Shown one piece after another: positions 14,682-31,017 of a stretch of 64,000 bases of DNA. Where the stretch lies: positions 1-64,000 of the forward strand of contig JBEWZL010000284.1 in the NCBI GenBank assembly GCA_045837725.1. The letters are read 5' to 3'. Below the pieces are notes generated by a model that was not told where the DNA came from, made no database searches, and saw nothing but the letters and a program-made list of their open reading frames with translations. Numbering within the stretch: the first letter of the stretch is position 1; each line of letters starts with the position of its first letter. The DNA comes from Vermamoeba vermiformis (taxonomy: Eukaryota). The position numbers were made by a program, and so were the translations under genes.

Positions 14682-15839
14682 GGCTATTGTAGGTAGTAGG
14701 TGCGTTGTACGTTGTGGTGATGATAGCAATTTAAAGATTTTGTTTAATCTGTGTCATCTCGTTAGCGCCTGATCCACGTGGTCAGTCCTTTGCCAAAATA
14801 AGTCTGCGGGTCATTTCAAACTGTTCCAATATTTGCCGACGGAAGAGCACACGAAAATCAGTAAATTCACCAAGGATATTTCTTATTTGTCGTTTTCAAT
14901 GCTTCATTCAGTTGATCCCGTCAGACGATGCTTGATACCGGGCAAAGGCCAACCAGATCGAAGGCAAGCAACACTGTAATCAAGTGAGATGAGCAATTGA
15001 GCGAGGGAAGAGTTCGCTAGCAAGGCCTCAAGTTTTGTTAAACCTCCGAGTTGATGTGCTGAGATAACGGTAACGTGCGTTAAAATTTATCATTTACCAA
15101 TTATAAATTATGTTTCAGTTTTTGAAAATTTACTGCGCTATAAATTAATGCAATAATCCTTTGATTTTAATTACCTTTTCAAATCCAGATTAATTTCGTT
15201 TTTGATTAAATGTATCGCTACAGCTGTAAATTTGCAATAGTACATATTATTACCTTATTACTTTCATAATTACTTCGAGGCAACGTAACTTCCACTTGGC
15301 GTGTTGCGTTTTTCTTCGTTTTCAAAATTGAGGACCTCGAAATTATCAATCAACGCTAATTATAGCCGTTATTCTTTTCCGTGCCCTATTTAATTACATT
15401 GACAACGTTTATTTTTGCCGTCAGCGTGTTTCTTCAGCGCTTTTTACCATTTATAGTAGTAGATCTGGTTTTGGCGAGATATTGTGCACCTATTGTCACT
15501 TAAAAGCTCAGTAACGCCCTATTGTCATTTAATTCTTACTTGCGCTCGTCGTCACTAGTCTTTGAGCACAAAGACCAGTGAAAAGAGAATTGCTGCCGAC
15601 TCACACCAAGTCCGGTCTTGCCTATTTTTGACGCGTAACAACAAGACTGCGTGTCACGTCTTCGGGACATTCGAGCATTCGCAACGAACAAGAGCAACAG
15701 AGCTGGTGCATCGATATCGACAACCGAACCAACTCGTACTACCTAAGACATCTTTCGTTAGTGAATGTAAGTGGACTTGGATCCAGGCCGGTGACTCTAA
15801 CTAACTAACTGACTTCCTTTCGAAAGAATCGAACTAATC

Positions 15840-17890
15840 ATGAGACTAAGGCAATTAATACTATGCGTGGCTATATTGGTGCTAGGACACTGCAGCCTAG
15901 TCGCTTCAAACCTGCTCATCCAAACTAAAAATAGTACTCAGCTTGAGTTAACGAGCGTTCAGATAATCTATATAGGTACGTATAGAAACTTTCAACAATC
16001 AGTAAATTAGAACGTTGCAGTGCGATTTAAGTTTGTTTCTCCGACTGGGATGCACCCATTGATTGTTCCCGATTATTGATGCTCTTCATCAGGAACACAA
16101 GGAGAACTCATCGTTGAGGCATTGAATGTAGACACGCTATCAGATGATATTAACAACGTTGCGGGAGCAGTTTACGTAAGCAAGGCAAACTTGCCGATCG
16201 ACGAGCAGATCCTCGCAGCTCAGAACAACGGCGCTGTAGCTGTCATATATGCTACTCCTACCTACTGTAAGTATAGTCTCATCCGCGACTTCAACCGTTC
16301 ACAGCCCCATTCAATCAGAAAAGCATCTGCGTTTGACGAATGACAGGATCTGTTTTAAGTATAAATTTACAACAATGGTAACTAAAAATTTTTCTTAGAT
16401 ACTCCTGGTTATTTAAGATATCGTTGGAATAGTAAAACCGCTAGAGATCAAATCATAATCCCGGTCTTTGAACTTGGACTTTTGGATGGACGAACTTTCT
16501 TCTGGCTGTTTAACAAAGGAGACTACGCAAATGTGACTATATTGCCTAATGGTAAATACGGTTGATTCATTTTCGTTCTGAAGCTTGATCTAACCTCCGT
16601 AACTCGAGAATCCGTTAATGAATGGCAAACCGTTCTTGAATCACCGGGAAACTACGTCTGGCAAGGTAAATATTATTATATATTCATGACTAATTCTAAG
16701 GATCTTTGCCTAATCATAAAATTCGTCAAATAGCGTTTCTTGCTGCGTTTTGCGCGGTCAACATTGGTCTTGCCAGTTGGAAACTTCATAGCTTTTTGAA
16801 ATATTATGGAAAAGTACGGAGCTCAATATCGGTTTACGTTCTACTCATTGAGATCCTGTCTAACGCAAGTAAGTATTAATTTACGATTTTCTGGCGCCAA
16901 AATACAACTCGATCCGTTACGAATTAAATAATCGTTTTTTTTGATTTGGCAATGATTGGGCTTAATATTGTTACGCGCCTCAATTCAATTCTAATTTTTT
17001 AATTTTTCGCAGTCCGACTTGTACTGGCGATCGATCCGATGGTATCAAACAATTTGTACCCCGAGCCAGTATCCGTTGCATTCGGCGAGCTCTCGTTCCC
17101 CTTTGCACTATCCTCGTTCATGTTGTTCACACTGTACTGGCACGAAATGATGACCAAGTCCTCGGTGGTCGTGCACGCCTTCATCACCAAGATGCGCATT
17201 CCGTTCTTCATTCTTTCAGGTGCACTGCTTGCCCTGCAAATCATTCGCATTCTCTTGCGCAGTTTCACGACATTAAGTCAACTGCCCTTAGTGACTGGCA
17301 AGTACCCATGTTCATTACGATATCAATGGCAAGTCCTAATAGTCTCTTCGCGCAGCCGTTGCGTACTTGTTGGTGATCGTGGGCATGACTGCGTTCTACA
17401 TTGTGACTGGCGCCAAGTTGCTCAAGCGATTGAACAGAAGTAAAAATCTCGGCCGCGTCGTCAGATTGCGACAGGTAAGCCTTACTAATTAGTACTAGTC
17501 GGATAGCCCAAACTAATATCTTTGTTCCATGCCTATTAGAGCACTATTAAGATCCTCGTCAGCGCTGGCTTCTTGCTCTCGTTCGTCGTTTTTGCAATTT
17601 TGTTCGTGTCTGGCATCGCTTATTATCCCACATGTACGTCATTCATCATATTCATTCAGTATTATATGTACTCACCATGGCGATATTTAGCTTATTTGAT
17701 CGTGTTCTACGCACTTTGGACCGCGATCTGTGCCGCGTCAGTGATGAACATTCTCGCGTTTCAAGCGCCTACTGGCAAGTCCTCGGGATCTAGCAACAAA
17801 TTTTCGAGCGGCACTGCTGCTAGTGCGACGAGTTTGGCGCCGATGGAAAGCAAACGTGAGAGCATGCACATCCAATCGGCCCGTTTGTAA
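15840..17890 (+). CDS. PA-domain + 7TM receptor-like protein, paralog 5 (multi-exon, one GC-AG intron)
   Basis: Signal peptide MRLRQLILCVAILVLG. PA-like AAQNNGAVAVIYA and IIPVFELGLLDG. TM core ELSFPFALSSFMLFTLYWHEMM. Last exon VMNILAFQAP. Confidence 0.85.
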
Positions 17891-18103
17891 ATAGAAAGAT
17901 GAAAATGTACAGTAGTCTCGAATAATCAGAGATAAATTATTTATTATTAATGGTGTGGCACGTGCGTAATATTTGCTATCAACGGAGATACAGGTGTTCG
18001 TTGAGCTGATTCAAAATTTCCTATTTTGGTAATTCGCTTGGAGTGGTAAGTGTCAAAGTGTCAATTTCAAGAACGTTCGTTAAACGTGATCGATATATAT
18101 TTG

Positions 18104-18248
18104 CTTATTTGTATGCTGGTTCTCGTTGTTTACTGTGCTCAATGGAGCGTCAATGATGAATATTTTGGCCATCAGAGTTCCCTCGGGCAGTTCTGGCGGT
18201 ACTAGCAATCAATCTCGCTACCGGTCACGATCTGTCAACAGCTACTAG
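18104..18248 (+). pseudogene. Orphan copy of the terminal (TM7 + tail) exon of the PA-7TM family
   Basis: Reads CWFSLFTVLNGASMMNILAIRVPSGSSGGTS, homologous to the family's ASxMNILAF. The acceptor is atatttg-cttatttg versus atatttag|cttatttg in paralog 5, and there is a 1-nt frame defect. Confidence 0.65.
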
Positions 18249-18450
18249 CCGCTCTAGAAGAAATGCCTTGAAAAGCAATTCCCATGCCCACCAAATCCGA
18301 AAAAAGTGTCACATCTGCTGAAACCGAAGACGAACCTAACAGTGCAACGCTGGAAATTGTGAATAATCATACAAAGACAATGTAAATAATGTGTAAATAA
18401 TAACGTAAAATCGAAAGAAATTGGATCGCTTGTCTTTTGAATTATTCAGT

Positions 18451-20350
18451 TTAGTAGCTTTCTTTAATAAACCGAGAGGTTAGTGGACCATATAATGTTA
18501 CAAATAGAACAGATACAGTATTCCAAGCGAGAAATTCGACAGTGTTCTTCTCCCATCTGATCAGCGCCGCCACATCCAGTTTCAAGTTTTGCGCGCAATG
18601 ACGCAAGAAGTTGATTATAATAGCAAATAATACTATCGCTGCATATAGCACGAAGTTTCTAATAAAAGTGAACAAAATTGCACCAGATTTGAACGCATCC
18701 ACTGTCAATCGCCAATCGTTCATCGTCAAGACCAGACAATAGGCCACAAATAATACGAACATTCTAAATTCAAACCCTTCCTTCTTATAATAATCGTGCG
18801 CTAGTCCCGAATAAATAAAGCAGCCAGCCACTAACGCAGTCAAATAAAAAACTTCGCGGGCCCAACTTGAAAAAATAAATAATAGGCCAATAGTGAATAA
18901 TACTGCTGGTAAAAATATCGCTGCTGCTCTTTTCCTATAGTTGGGCTCGTTCACGTGGTCCCATATGACAATTGAGCCGATAAATCCTTGTCCTGCTGCG
19001 CCAATCAAACTGAGCAGCAGATCGACCCAAAATTTGTTTGGATTAGTGCTGGCCCAATAATCGACTAATACGCATGGTGTGTACCATAGGAAGAGTATAT
19101 ACAATAAGTTCGTATTAAGTCTAATAAGCCCTTAAAAAATTAAAAAATTAGTTTTTGCGCATCCGCGTAAACACGACAATAAATATTAATAAGGATATAA
19201 TACAGCATATAAATAAATACGTATATATATTCTTACCGGCAAGCTTAGGCGCAGGGTCCATAACTCGATAGCTATAGAAGCACGGGAACTGCGAGTAATG
19301 TTGCTGAACATAGGGCAGATCCACGATGATTTCTACGACGCTGCCAGCAGAAAATCGCCAATGCGGGGCAATAGTCTCTTTCGGCACTGTAAAGTAATTG
19401 GACTCGTTGTTGCGGAACAACCAGTCTTTGTCGTTTTGATGGCTAGTTTCTAGTCTCAGCTTGGCTAAATACCTGCGAAGCAAAATATTAATTAAATATC
19501 ATTAATATGGATATTATATTGCGACAAATATATTCTATATGAATATTAGACCATAGGAAAGTTCGTGACGCGCCGTTACAAATCCGGATTGGATCTTACT
19601 TTGAAGCATTTCCAGAGTTATGATAAGGTCCGTATGCAGGAGCTCCTAGTGCTACTTTTAACTTGACTAAGCTCGCTGAGTCAGCATCAATAAGCGTTTT
19701 TCCAAGTCGATCTGCAATGAGTTTATCTTCAATGTGCCATTGCGCACTGTAATCCTTCTAAATAAGGAAATTTCCATATTAATACCGAAATGATAGATTA
19801 AATATATAGACGTACGGGATAGTTCAGCCATTTTAGCTTCGCTAAGTCAAAAGGTGTTCTTAGATCTGCTCCCAATTCTTCAATAGTTGCGCGTGATTGG
19901 CCACTATAAATAACGTATGTTAATATATGACTACTAATATACGTTTCAAATTTACGATCAATTCTGAGCTCGATCTGCTTACATTTTTGAAAACACGACG
20001 TCGCGGATCTGTTTCTTGTTGGCGTGATAACACCAATATTTACTCACTGAAGAACATGCCAATATTGTTTTATAATCACAGTTCATAAGCACCTCTTCGA
20101 GAATTTCCTACGAGTTTATTTGAAAATTAGAATCCGAGTCTTTTTCAGTTAAAAAAATATCCAATTTCACCCTTAAAAATTATATGATAATATAGTACTA
20201 ATATATACATACCGGTGGTAGTGTTTGATCAATTACTGCTTCAGATGGATAAACATAGGCTGACTTTTTAATTTTCTGAATTGTTTGGTGCATAAATGCC
20301 ACAAAGAATATTGCAGGCAATATCAGCGATAATGTTAATGTCCATGACAT
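18451..20350 (-). CDS. N-terminal TM + F-box + polytopic membrane domain protein (multi-exon)
   Basis: ATG at 20350 begins MSWTLTLSLILPAIFFVAFM. The spliced sequence TLPP|EILEEVLMNCDYKTILACSSVSKYW is an F-box. The last exon (about 217 aa) has roughly seven hydrophobic helices. Confidence 0.7.
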
Positions 20351-20608
20351 AGTGTGATAGTGTTAAATACAATATATTTCGGAATTCTAATTTCGTTTAA
20401 TCAAATCCACCTCTCATGCCAGCTGAATTAGGCTTTAATAATTTGCCTGATATAGCTAAATATTAGGCTAATGTGAGGTGTGTATGTTCATAATAATATT
20501 AACGGTTAAAATGACGCGGACAAAGTTTTGATTTTTTTGTCCGTTGATCGAAGACACAGCAACAGATCAAGCCCTTAATTAATAATATTAATATATAAAT
20601 AGCTTATT

Positions 20609-23600
20609 ATGGATTCGGACGATGAGGCCGCACGAGAGCTCGAGCGGAAAAGAGAAGAAAGACGCAAACTGCGTGAGCTCGAACTGAAAAAAGAAGAAGA
20701 GGAGCTTGAGCGTAGAAAACAGGTACATATAAGCTTAAATTACTATTTATTTTATTATGATTGTAAGGCAGAGTTTTAAAGCTTCGTTAGAAAAATATCA
20801 AATTAATGCTGAAAAAAAAATCTTCGTTAGATATTCTACCAAATGGCAAATTTTAATAAATTTGGAACCCTAGTTAATAGTCCGTATTTTTCGTAAAGAT
20901 AGTTCATCGTTAATCGAATTATTTCGCGAAGAATCTTCGTGATCTAGATCAAATTTTGCTTTTACAGTTATAGCCTTCCTCACGAAAAAATCATTCTAAT
21001 ATTACTATAAATATTACATTTTCCCTAAAAAATTAAATAGGAGCGTGAACGATTGCGTAAAGAGCGCGAAGAAAAATTGCGTCAAGAAGAGGAAGAATTC
21101 AACAGACAACTCGAAGAACGACGCAAACAACGCGAAGAAGAGCGAAAACGACGTGAAGAGGAAGAAAAACGCGAAGAGGAGGTAATTATACTGGCCTAGT
21201 ATATAATAGGAGGTTTTTAATAACAATTCTAATGGCTTCGTACAGCAACGTCAAAAAGAACTTGAAGAGCGAAAGAAAAAGCGCGAGGAAGAGCGACGTA
21301 AGCGTCAAGAAGAAGAGGTATGTATATATATAACGTTAATAATAATAAAATTAAGCTTAAAATTAAGCAAATCTTGGAAGATTGAACTATTATAAATTAT
21401 TTATTATAGTAGAGTTTTTCTGACGAATAATTTATAGGAACGTCAAGAAGAAGAGCGTAGAAGACGACGAGAAGAATTCAGAAAACAATTGAACGTGACT
21501 GCCGACACTGTTGTAGCGACGAGTGACTCGATCGGTTCTGTGACTAGATCTCTTTCGCAGACTCATTTAAATGCTGCTTCGCCTTCTGCCGATGATGAAG
21601 TGAGTACTCAGCAATAATATTTTGAAACTCATGCAGGCAATTTGTATTGAATTTAAGCATTTTGGATCTGATTTCAAAAACTAATGTGTCCTGTGCTTAA
21701 AGGCAAAAAAGCAGGAAGAAGAGCGCGAATTAAAGAGAAAACAACGCGAAGAAGAGCGATTAAAACGTGAAGCCGAAGAAAAACGAGCGGAAGAGGAACG
21801 ATTAGAAAAACAACGCATCCGCGAAGAAGAACGACGAAAGCAACGAGAGGCCGAAGAAAGAGAAGAGGAAGAACGTAAGAAACGTCAGGAGGAAGAGAGG
21901 ATAAAGCGAGATGAAGAAAGAAAACGAATTCGAGGTAAGATCTGAAATTGGATCTTTTTAAAAATCGTTTAAAAATATTAATTTAATATTATATAGAGCA
22001 ATTAGAACGCGAAGAAGAAGAAAAGAAACAACGCGCTGAAGAAGAGCGCAAGAAACGCATTGAACAACGAGAACGCGAAGAGCGCGAAGCTGAAGAGCAA
22101 CGTAAACGAGAAGCAGAAGAGAAAAAGAAACAAGAAGAAGAGAAAAAGAGATTAGAAGAAGAGAATAGAAAGCGAGAGGAGGAAGAAGAGCAGTTAAGAC
22201 AAGAAAAAGAAAAAGTGGATCGAGAAAAGAAACAACGAGAAGAAGAAATTAAAAGACGAGAAGAAGATGAACAAATTCGACAAAAATTGACTGCTAATCA
22301 AAGACAAGAAGAAGAAGAACGAGCTCGTATTGAATCTGAACGAAATCGCGAGCAGGAAGAAAAAGAACGGATCCGACGCGAAGAGGAGAATAAAAAGAAG
22401 GAAGAGGAAGAGCATAAGCGTAAAGAAGAGGAGAGGAAACGATTAGAAGGTAAGTCAATATCAGATCTGCGCCAGTACAAATTATTTCCAAAAAGGAAAT
22501 AATCTTCAACTCTTTTATTTAGAGGAAGAAGAGGAGTTAATTCGCCGAGAATTAGAAGAAGAAGATAGAAAATTAGCCGAGGCTAAGAAAAAGCGCGAAG
22601 AAGAAGCCGCTCAGCGATTAAAAGCTCTTCAAGGCAAGTTTTGGATCGGATCTTTCTATTAGAAATTCTAAATCTTACCTTCTGTTCTATTTAGAGGAAG
22701 AAGAACGATTAATGCGCGAGATTGAAGAAGAAGATCGACGCGCAGCTGAAAAGAAAAAGAAAGAAGAAGAAGAGCGAAAACAAGCGGCTGAAAAGAAACG
22801 CATTGAAGACGAGCAGAAAAAGAAAGCTGAAGGTACAATAATAATATTGATATAATATATATTGTCTTATATCTATATTTAACCTTTGTTATATAGAGGA
22901 AGCAAAAAAGAAAGAATTAGAAGCCAAGAAAAAACAAGAAGGTAATTTGAATTTAAATTCGTATTTTACGGCTTTAATTCATATATTAATATTGCCTATT
23001 ATAGAAGAGGCTAAAAAGAAAGCAGCGGAACAACAACGTCCTCGTGCCAATACCGTTGCGGAACCAACTCCGTCGCCTAAAAAAGGAGCTGTCGCTGCTG
23101 CCGCTAAAAAAGGAATCTCCAATACTCCCGGTACGTCACACAGCGATATATTTCCTAATTAGGAAATTAATGAAACTTACAATTATTTTTTTTGCAGCGC
23201 CAAAGCCTGAACTTAAAAAGCGAAATTCCCTCGAAGAATTGCGTGCCAAAGCTGAAGCAGAACGTGCGCAATATCATCAAGCACGTGGTGGTGGCAACAG
23301 TGGTGGAGGCATGCCTGGTGATCCTACTGCTCCCAAAGAATACGGGCCTGAAGAGATCCAGATCTTGTTCAACTACGTCAACAACACGCTTGCCAGTACG
23401 TACTAACATTGCGCATAGTATGTACTATATTAACAATATATATAGATGATGCGCAAGTCAAGGCTTTGGGCCAATTGCCCCTCAAAGCCAGTTCAGTCGA
23501 TAAACACGTGGCAGATCTGACCGACGGAATCGTCATGTGGTACGTTTATTAATATCAGATATTACAATATATGGATAGTATACTTATTATGGTTACTATC

Positions 23601-24454
23601 GTAGCAAATTCTTCGATAAAATGATCCCAAACACTTTGGATGTGCGTGTCATCAATTTTAAGATCCAAGTCAAACCACGTGATCAAATTGAAAATTGGAA
23701 TCTTTGCGTGAATTCTGGCCGCGCTGTCGGATGCAGGATGAACGACATTGATACAAAAGAATTGGTCAAAGGAAACAAAGAAATGTTGTTCAAAGTCATA
23801 TGGCAAGTTATCAAAGTCGGCTTGGAGACCAAAATGAAGAAAAATCAAAACTTAATCAAGAAATTTATGGACAGTGGCGATGACATGGAAAATATGGTGC
23901 GATTGGCCTCGGACAAGTTAATCTTGAAGTGGGTAAGTGACACGAACTGACACTTTGACACGTGTCACAAACAAATTTACCTTGTTTCGACAACCTTTCT
24001 TTAAAACCAACCACGAGATGCCATAATTAATGGCCCTATTAATTTTAGGTCAATCACACTTTGCGTGCCAATGGCGTGTTAAAACAAGTAGACGACATCA
24101 CCAAGGACTTCAAGGCACGTGTTACACGAGTCTATGCTACCATATTGATCCTAACTATAATGATTACTTAGGACTCGTCGGCCTATGCGACTATATTACA
24201 TCAATTCGCTCCTAGTCTCATTGACAAGAAGAAAATTTTGAACGAAAATGACATGTCTAAACGAGCCGCGATTATTGTAGATCTCACTGAAAAATTCAAA
24301 ATTCCGGGCTTGATTACTGCCAACGGTATTATTGATGTAAGTATGATAGTATACGACAATATACGAACGGTAAATGTTAATACTAGTTTTTCTGCAGGGC
24401 TTGTACTGGCAAAACTTTATGTTGTTGGCAACGTTGTTCTTAGCCTCCAATTAA
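20609..24454 (+). CDS. Long ER/K-rich helical rod + C-terminal fimbrin-type tandem calponin-homology (actin-binding) domain
   Basis: About 10 exons of E/R/K-only sequence. Then CH1 (LFNYVNNTL...DLTDGIVM...MIPNTLDVRVIN...IENWNLCVNSGRAVGC...VIWQVIKVGL) and CH2 (LILKWVNHTL...DFKDSSAYATILHQFAP). Confidence 0.8.
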
Positions 24455-25007
24455 ATACTGTTTTGTAAAATATAGCTGCTGCGTGCTAAATTAGGCCTAA
24501 TAAGTATTATTAGTTCGTTGAAGCCGCGGATGCAACATGCGCGCTCCACATCCAAAAAAATAAGGCTTGATTTCGCGTCAAGTAGATTCTTATAATAGCC
24601 AGTATCATAATTTTGCGTGTTTTTGGGGTATTCATTTTCGAATTCGATGATTCCGGTGGATCTGCATGAAATTACTAAAATTAGCTCCGGCACACAATAA
24701 TACATTCTTAGATTTCGAAACATTGAATTAAGCGAAAGTTAACAGCTGACCACAGACGAAGATGATGCGCGCTGTTGTATATATGGCTTACAAAGCCTAC
24801 AGCGGATCTGCTCGTCCAGTAAGTATTTTTTAATTGTGAACAGTTTCAGATGTGGAATTTGCAACAACAAAAACAAGCTTTTAGTACGTCTATAAGATTA
24901 TTAAATTACTTATATTAAATTTTCCATGCTTTGTAAAGAAAAGATCTTGATTTTCAATTTTTTATTAAAAAATATTTCCTTATATTTAGGTATTTACGGC
25001 TACTACT

Positions 25008-27038
25008 ATGGACCAGATTAATAAGCTTATGGCGCGTCATGAAAAATTCGTAATAGCACAAATGAAAGAGTTAAATTTGAAAATTCCCATGAAAGCCACC
25101 AAATATTTTCAACGCGCCATCAAAGCTAGCAAATCGCTAGAATGCTTGGAAATTAGTGAACAAGAATTTCATATGAACGAATGGGAATTCATCTCTCTTG
25201 GAATCATCGGCAACGAATCCATTTCAAGATTACGATTTCATAACATGGAATTGAATGAGCGCAATATTGGATACATTACTCAAATACTGCGTCAAAATAG
25301 TCGAATAACTGCAATAAGATTCGATCAAATCATATTTGAAGGCAACACTTTTCAAATTTTGATTGAATCCATCAGATCGATGAAGAAACTTGAATCAATC
25401 GAATTCTCAACGAGCGAAATATCCGTTGAAGAAGTCCATATGCTTAAGAATGCCCTATCTGATTGCAAAAGACTCATGACAACGACATTGATTCAAGATC
25501 CAGTAAGTTCGTTCAAAAAATTGATCAATCTCAATTGAATCTCGGCTCTAATTATAGCTCTATTTCAGATTTATATTACAACGAACGAATCAGACGTCAA
25601 GAAGTTTACTAAAGAGAAGAAGAAGTTCATTATCGCTGGTTTAACTGATCTTTTGATCCGATCGGATTTGCCAGCAAACGAGATCTTCAAACGAGCATTG
25701 ATAGCGACATTAACGCTATCACGAGTGCATATTTGTGCTGAAGGACTGACTACCAAGCAATGGGAGATCATTTCTGAAAGTCTGATCAAGAACCAATCCG
25801 TTACTGAACTTACAATCAAAAAAACAACTATTACAGAGCATAGCATTAAATTCATTATCAAAATAATGAAAGAAAATAAGAGAATACGAACGCTTAGAAT
25901 AGAAGAAACGAAAATTGAATCAGATCTGGTCATTGAATCCTTAGGCGAGATGATCTGCCATAACAAGAACATTCAACGGCTTACCTTTTTAGGAAATAAG
26001 GTCTCACCGGATCACATGATAGCTTTGCACGAATTTATCAAGTCAAACACGAGCATTACAGCCTTAGAATTGACTTTTTTGGAAGTCACGCCAAAATTGT
26101 CGCAAAGTTTTCAACAATTACTCCGCCAAAACAGAAAAATCTCGTCACTGAGATTGCGTCTCGGAGTTTTTCCGTGGCCGAGAACGAAGCGGTACACATT
26201 AGGAAATTTGACTAAATTGGAGGTGGATTGCGTTCAAATTGATAATTCACGCGCGCAACGGTTCTGTGAAACACTAAAAAAGAACAAAAATATTCATGAA
26301 TTGAAATTGCAGTGGTCTCTGTCAGAAGAAGATAACGAAGTGCAATTACTAGCGGATCTGTTGGACGTCAATTCAACACTGAAAAAATTGACCATTGTGG
26401 AGTACCTCGATGATGACGTGGCAGAGCGATTAATACGGTCTATGGCCTATAATAAGACCTTAAAATCACTGACACTACGAATCGATGAATTAGAGACCTT
26501 GAAGAAATTCTCAGAATTTTTGCAACAAAACGAATCCATCAGATCCATCGAACTCGACATTGACGATCAATACCTCGTTAACAATTTGCATGTTATAGCA
26601 CCACTATTAGAAAACAACAAGTCCATCACGCAACTCAGCACGCCGATCAGTTCATTTTGCATCGGAGATCTGTTCCATTCACTGAAACACAACACAACAA
26701 TCTCGTACTTGAGATTTACGACCTACAATCGATCGTTCTTGGCTAATAGACACTTGTGGCTGCCAAAACTGCGAGAATTAATGATGGTCAATAAGGCACT
26801 CAATACGATAATTTTGCCGGATCTGCCACAAGACATTGCACAAGTTTTAGAACGGAATTACTTGCGACAACAAATAGATATTGGAATTACTATGTGTGGC
26901 ATCAGAATGATAGCGCTAAGAAGTCATGTCTTCGCGGAACTGTTGCCGTTGGAGATCTGGTCGATGATTTTCAAGTTCATCACTTTTCCTGGTGTAGGTG
27001 TTGATTTCAGTTCTGAATTCAACAAAATGATTGTATAA
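25008..27038 (+). CDS. RNI-like leucine-rich-repeat protein with C-terminal F-box-like motif
   Basis: Repeats of about 28 aa of the type (L/I)xxNxSIxxLxL across two long ORFs joined by one intron near 25503-25568. C-terminus ELLPLEIWSMIFKFI. The true 5' end may include upstream exons. Confidence 0.75.
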
Positions 27039-27166
27039 TAATAATGAATACCTCTGAGATCTGGTACAAATGTAAAATAAAATAAACACCTGAATTCTCA
27101 AAAATATCTGGGCTTACAAAAATTAAGTTGTTTTTAAATAGTTTTGTCGAGGGTTAGGGTTTATTT

Positions 27167-30854
<3,688 letters not shown>

Positions 30855-31017
30855 TTTGAGCACTGTTGTAGACGTTAAAATAAAGTATTATGAAATATTT
30901 TTGGTTGTTTTTTCTGAATTTTCTGCCTTCGGACTACGAGCTGCGAGTTTTCTAAGCGCAAGACGCCTTCCAAAATTAGGCGACTGAATTAAATCTAATC
31001 AATTATAAGTCGTCGTA

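Noticed and set aside
14880-15800. GC-richer intergenic patches and an 80-aa ORF
   Set aside because: No AUG start, homology or coherent splice pattern.
21014-22509. Phe/Leu/Ser-rich minus-strand ORFs resembling membrane proteins
   Set aside because: These are antisense shadows of the GAA/AAA-rich ER/K exons.
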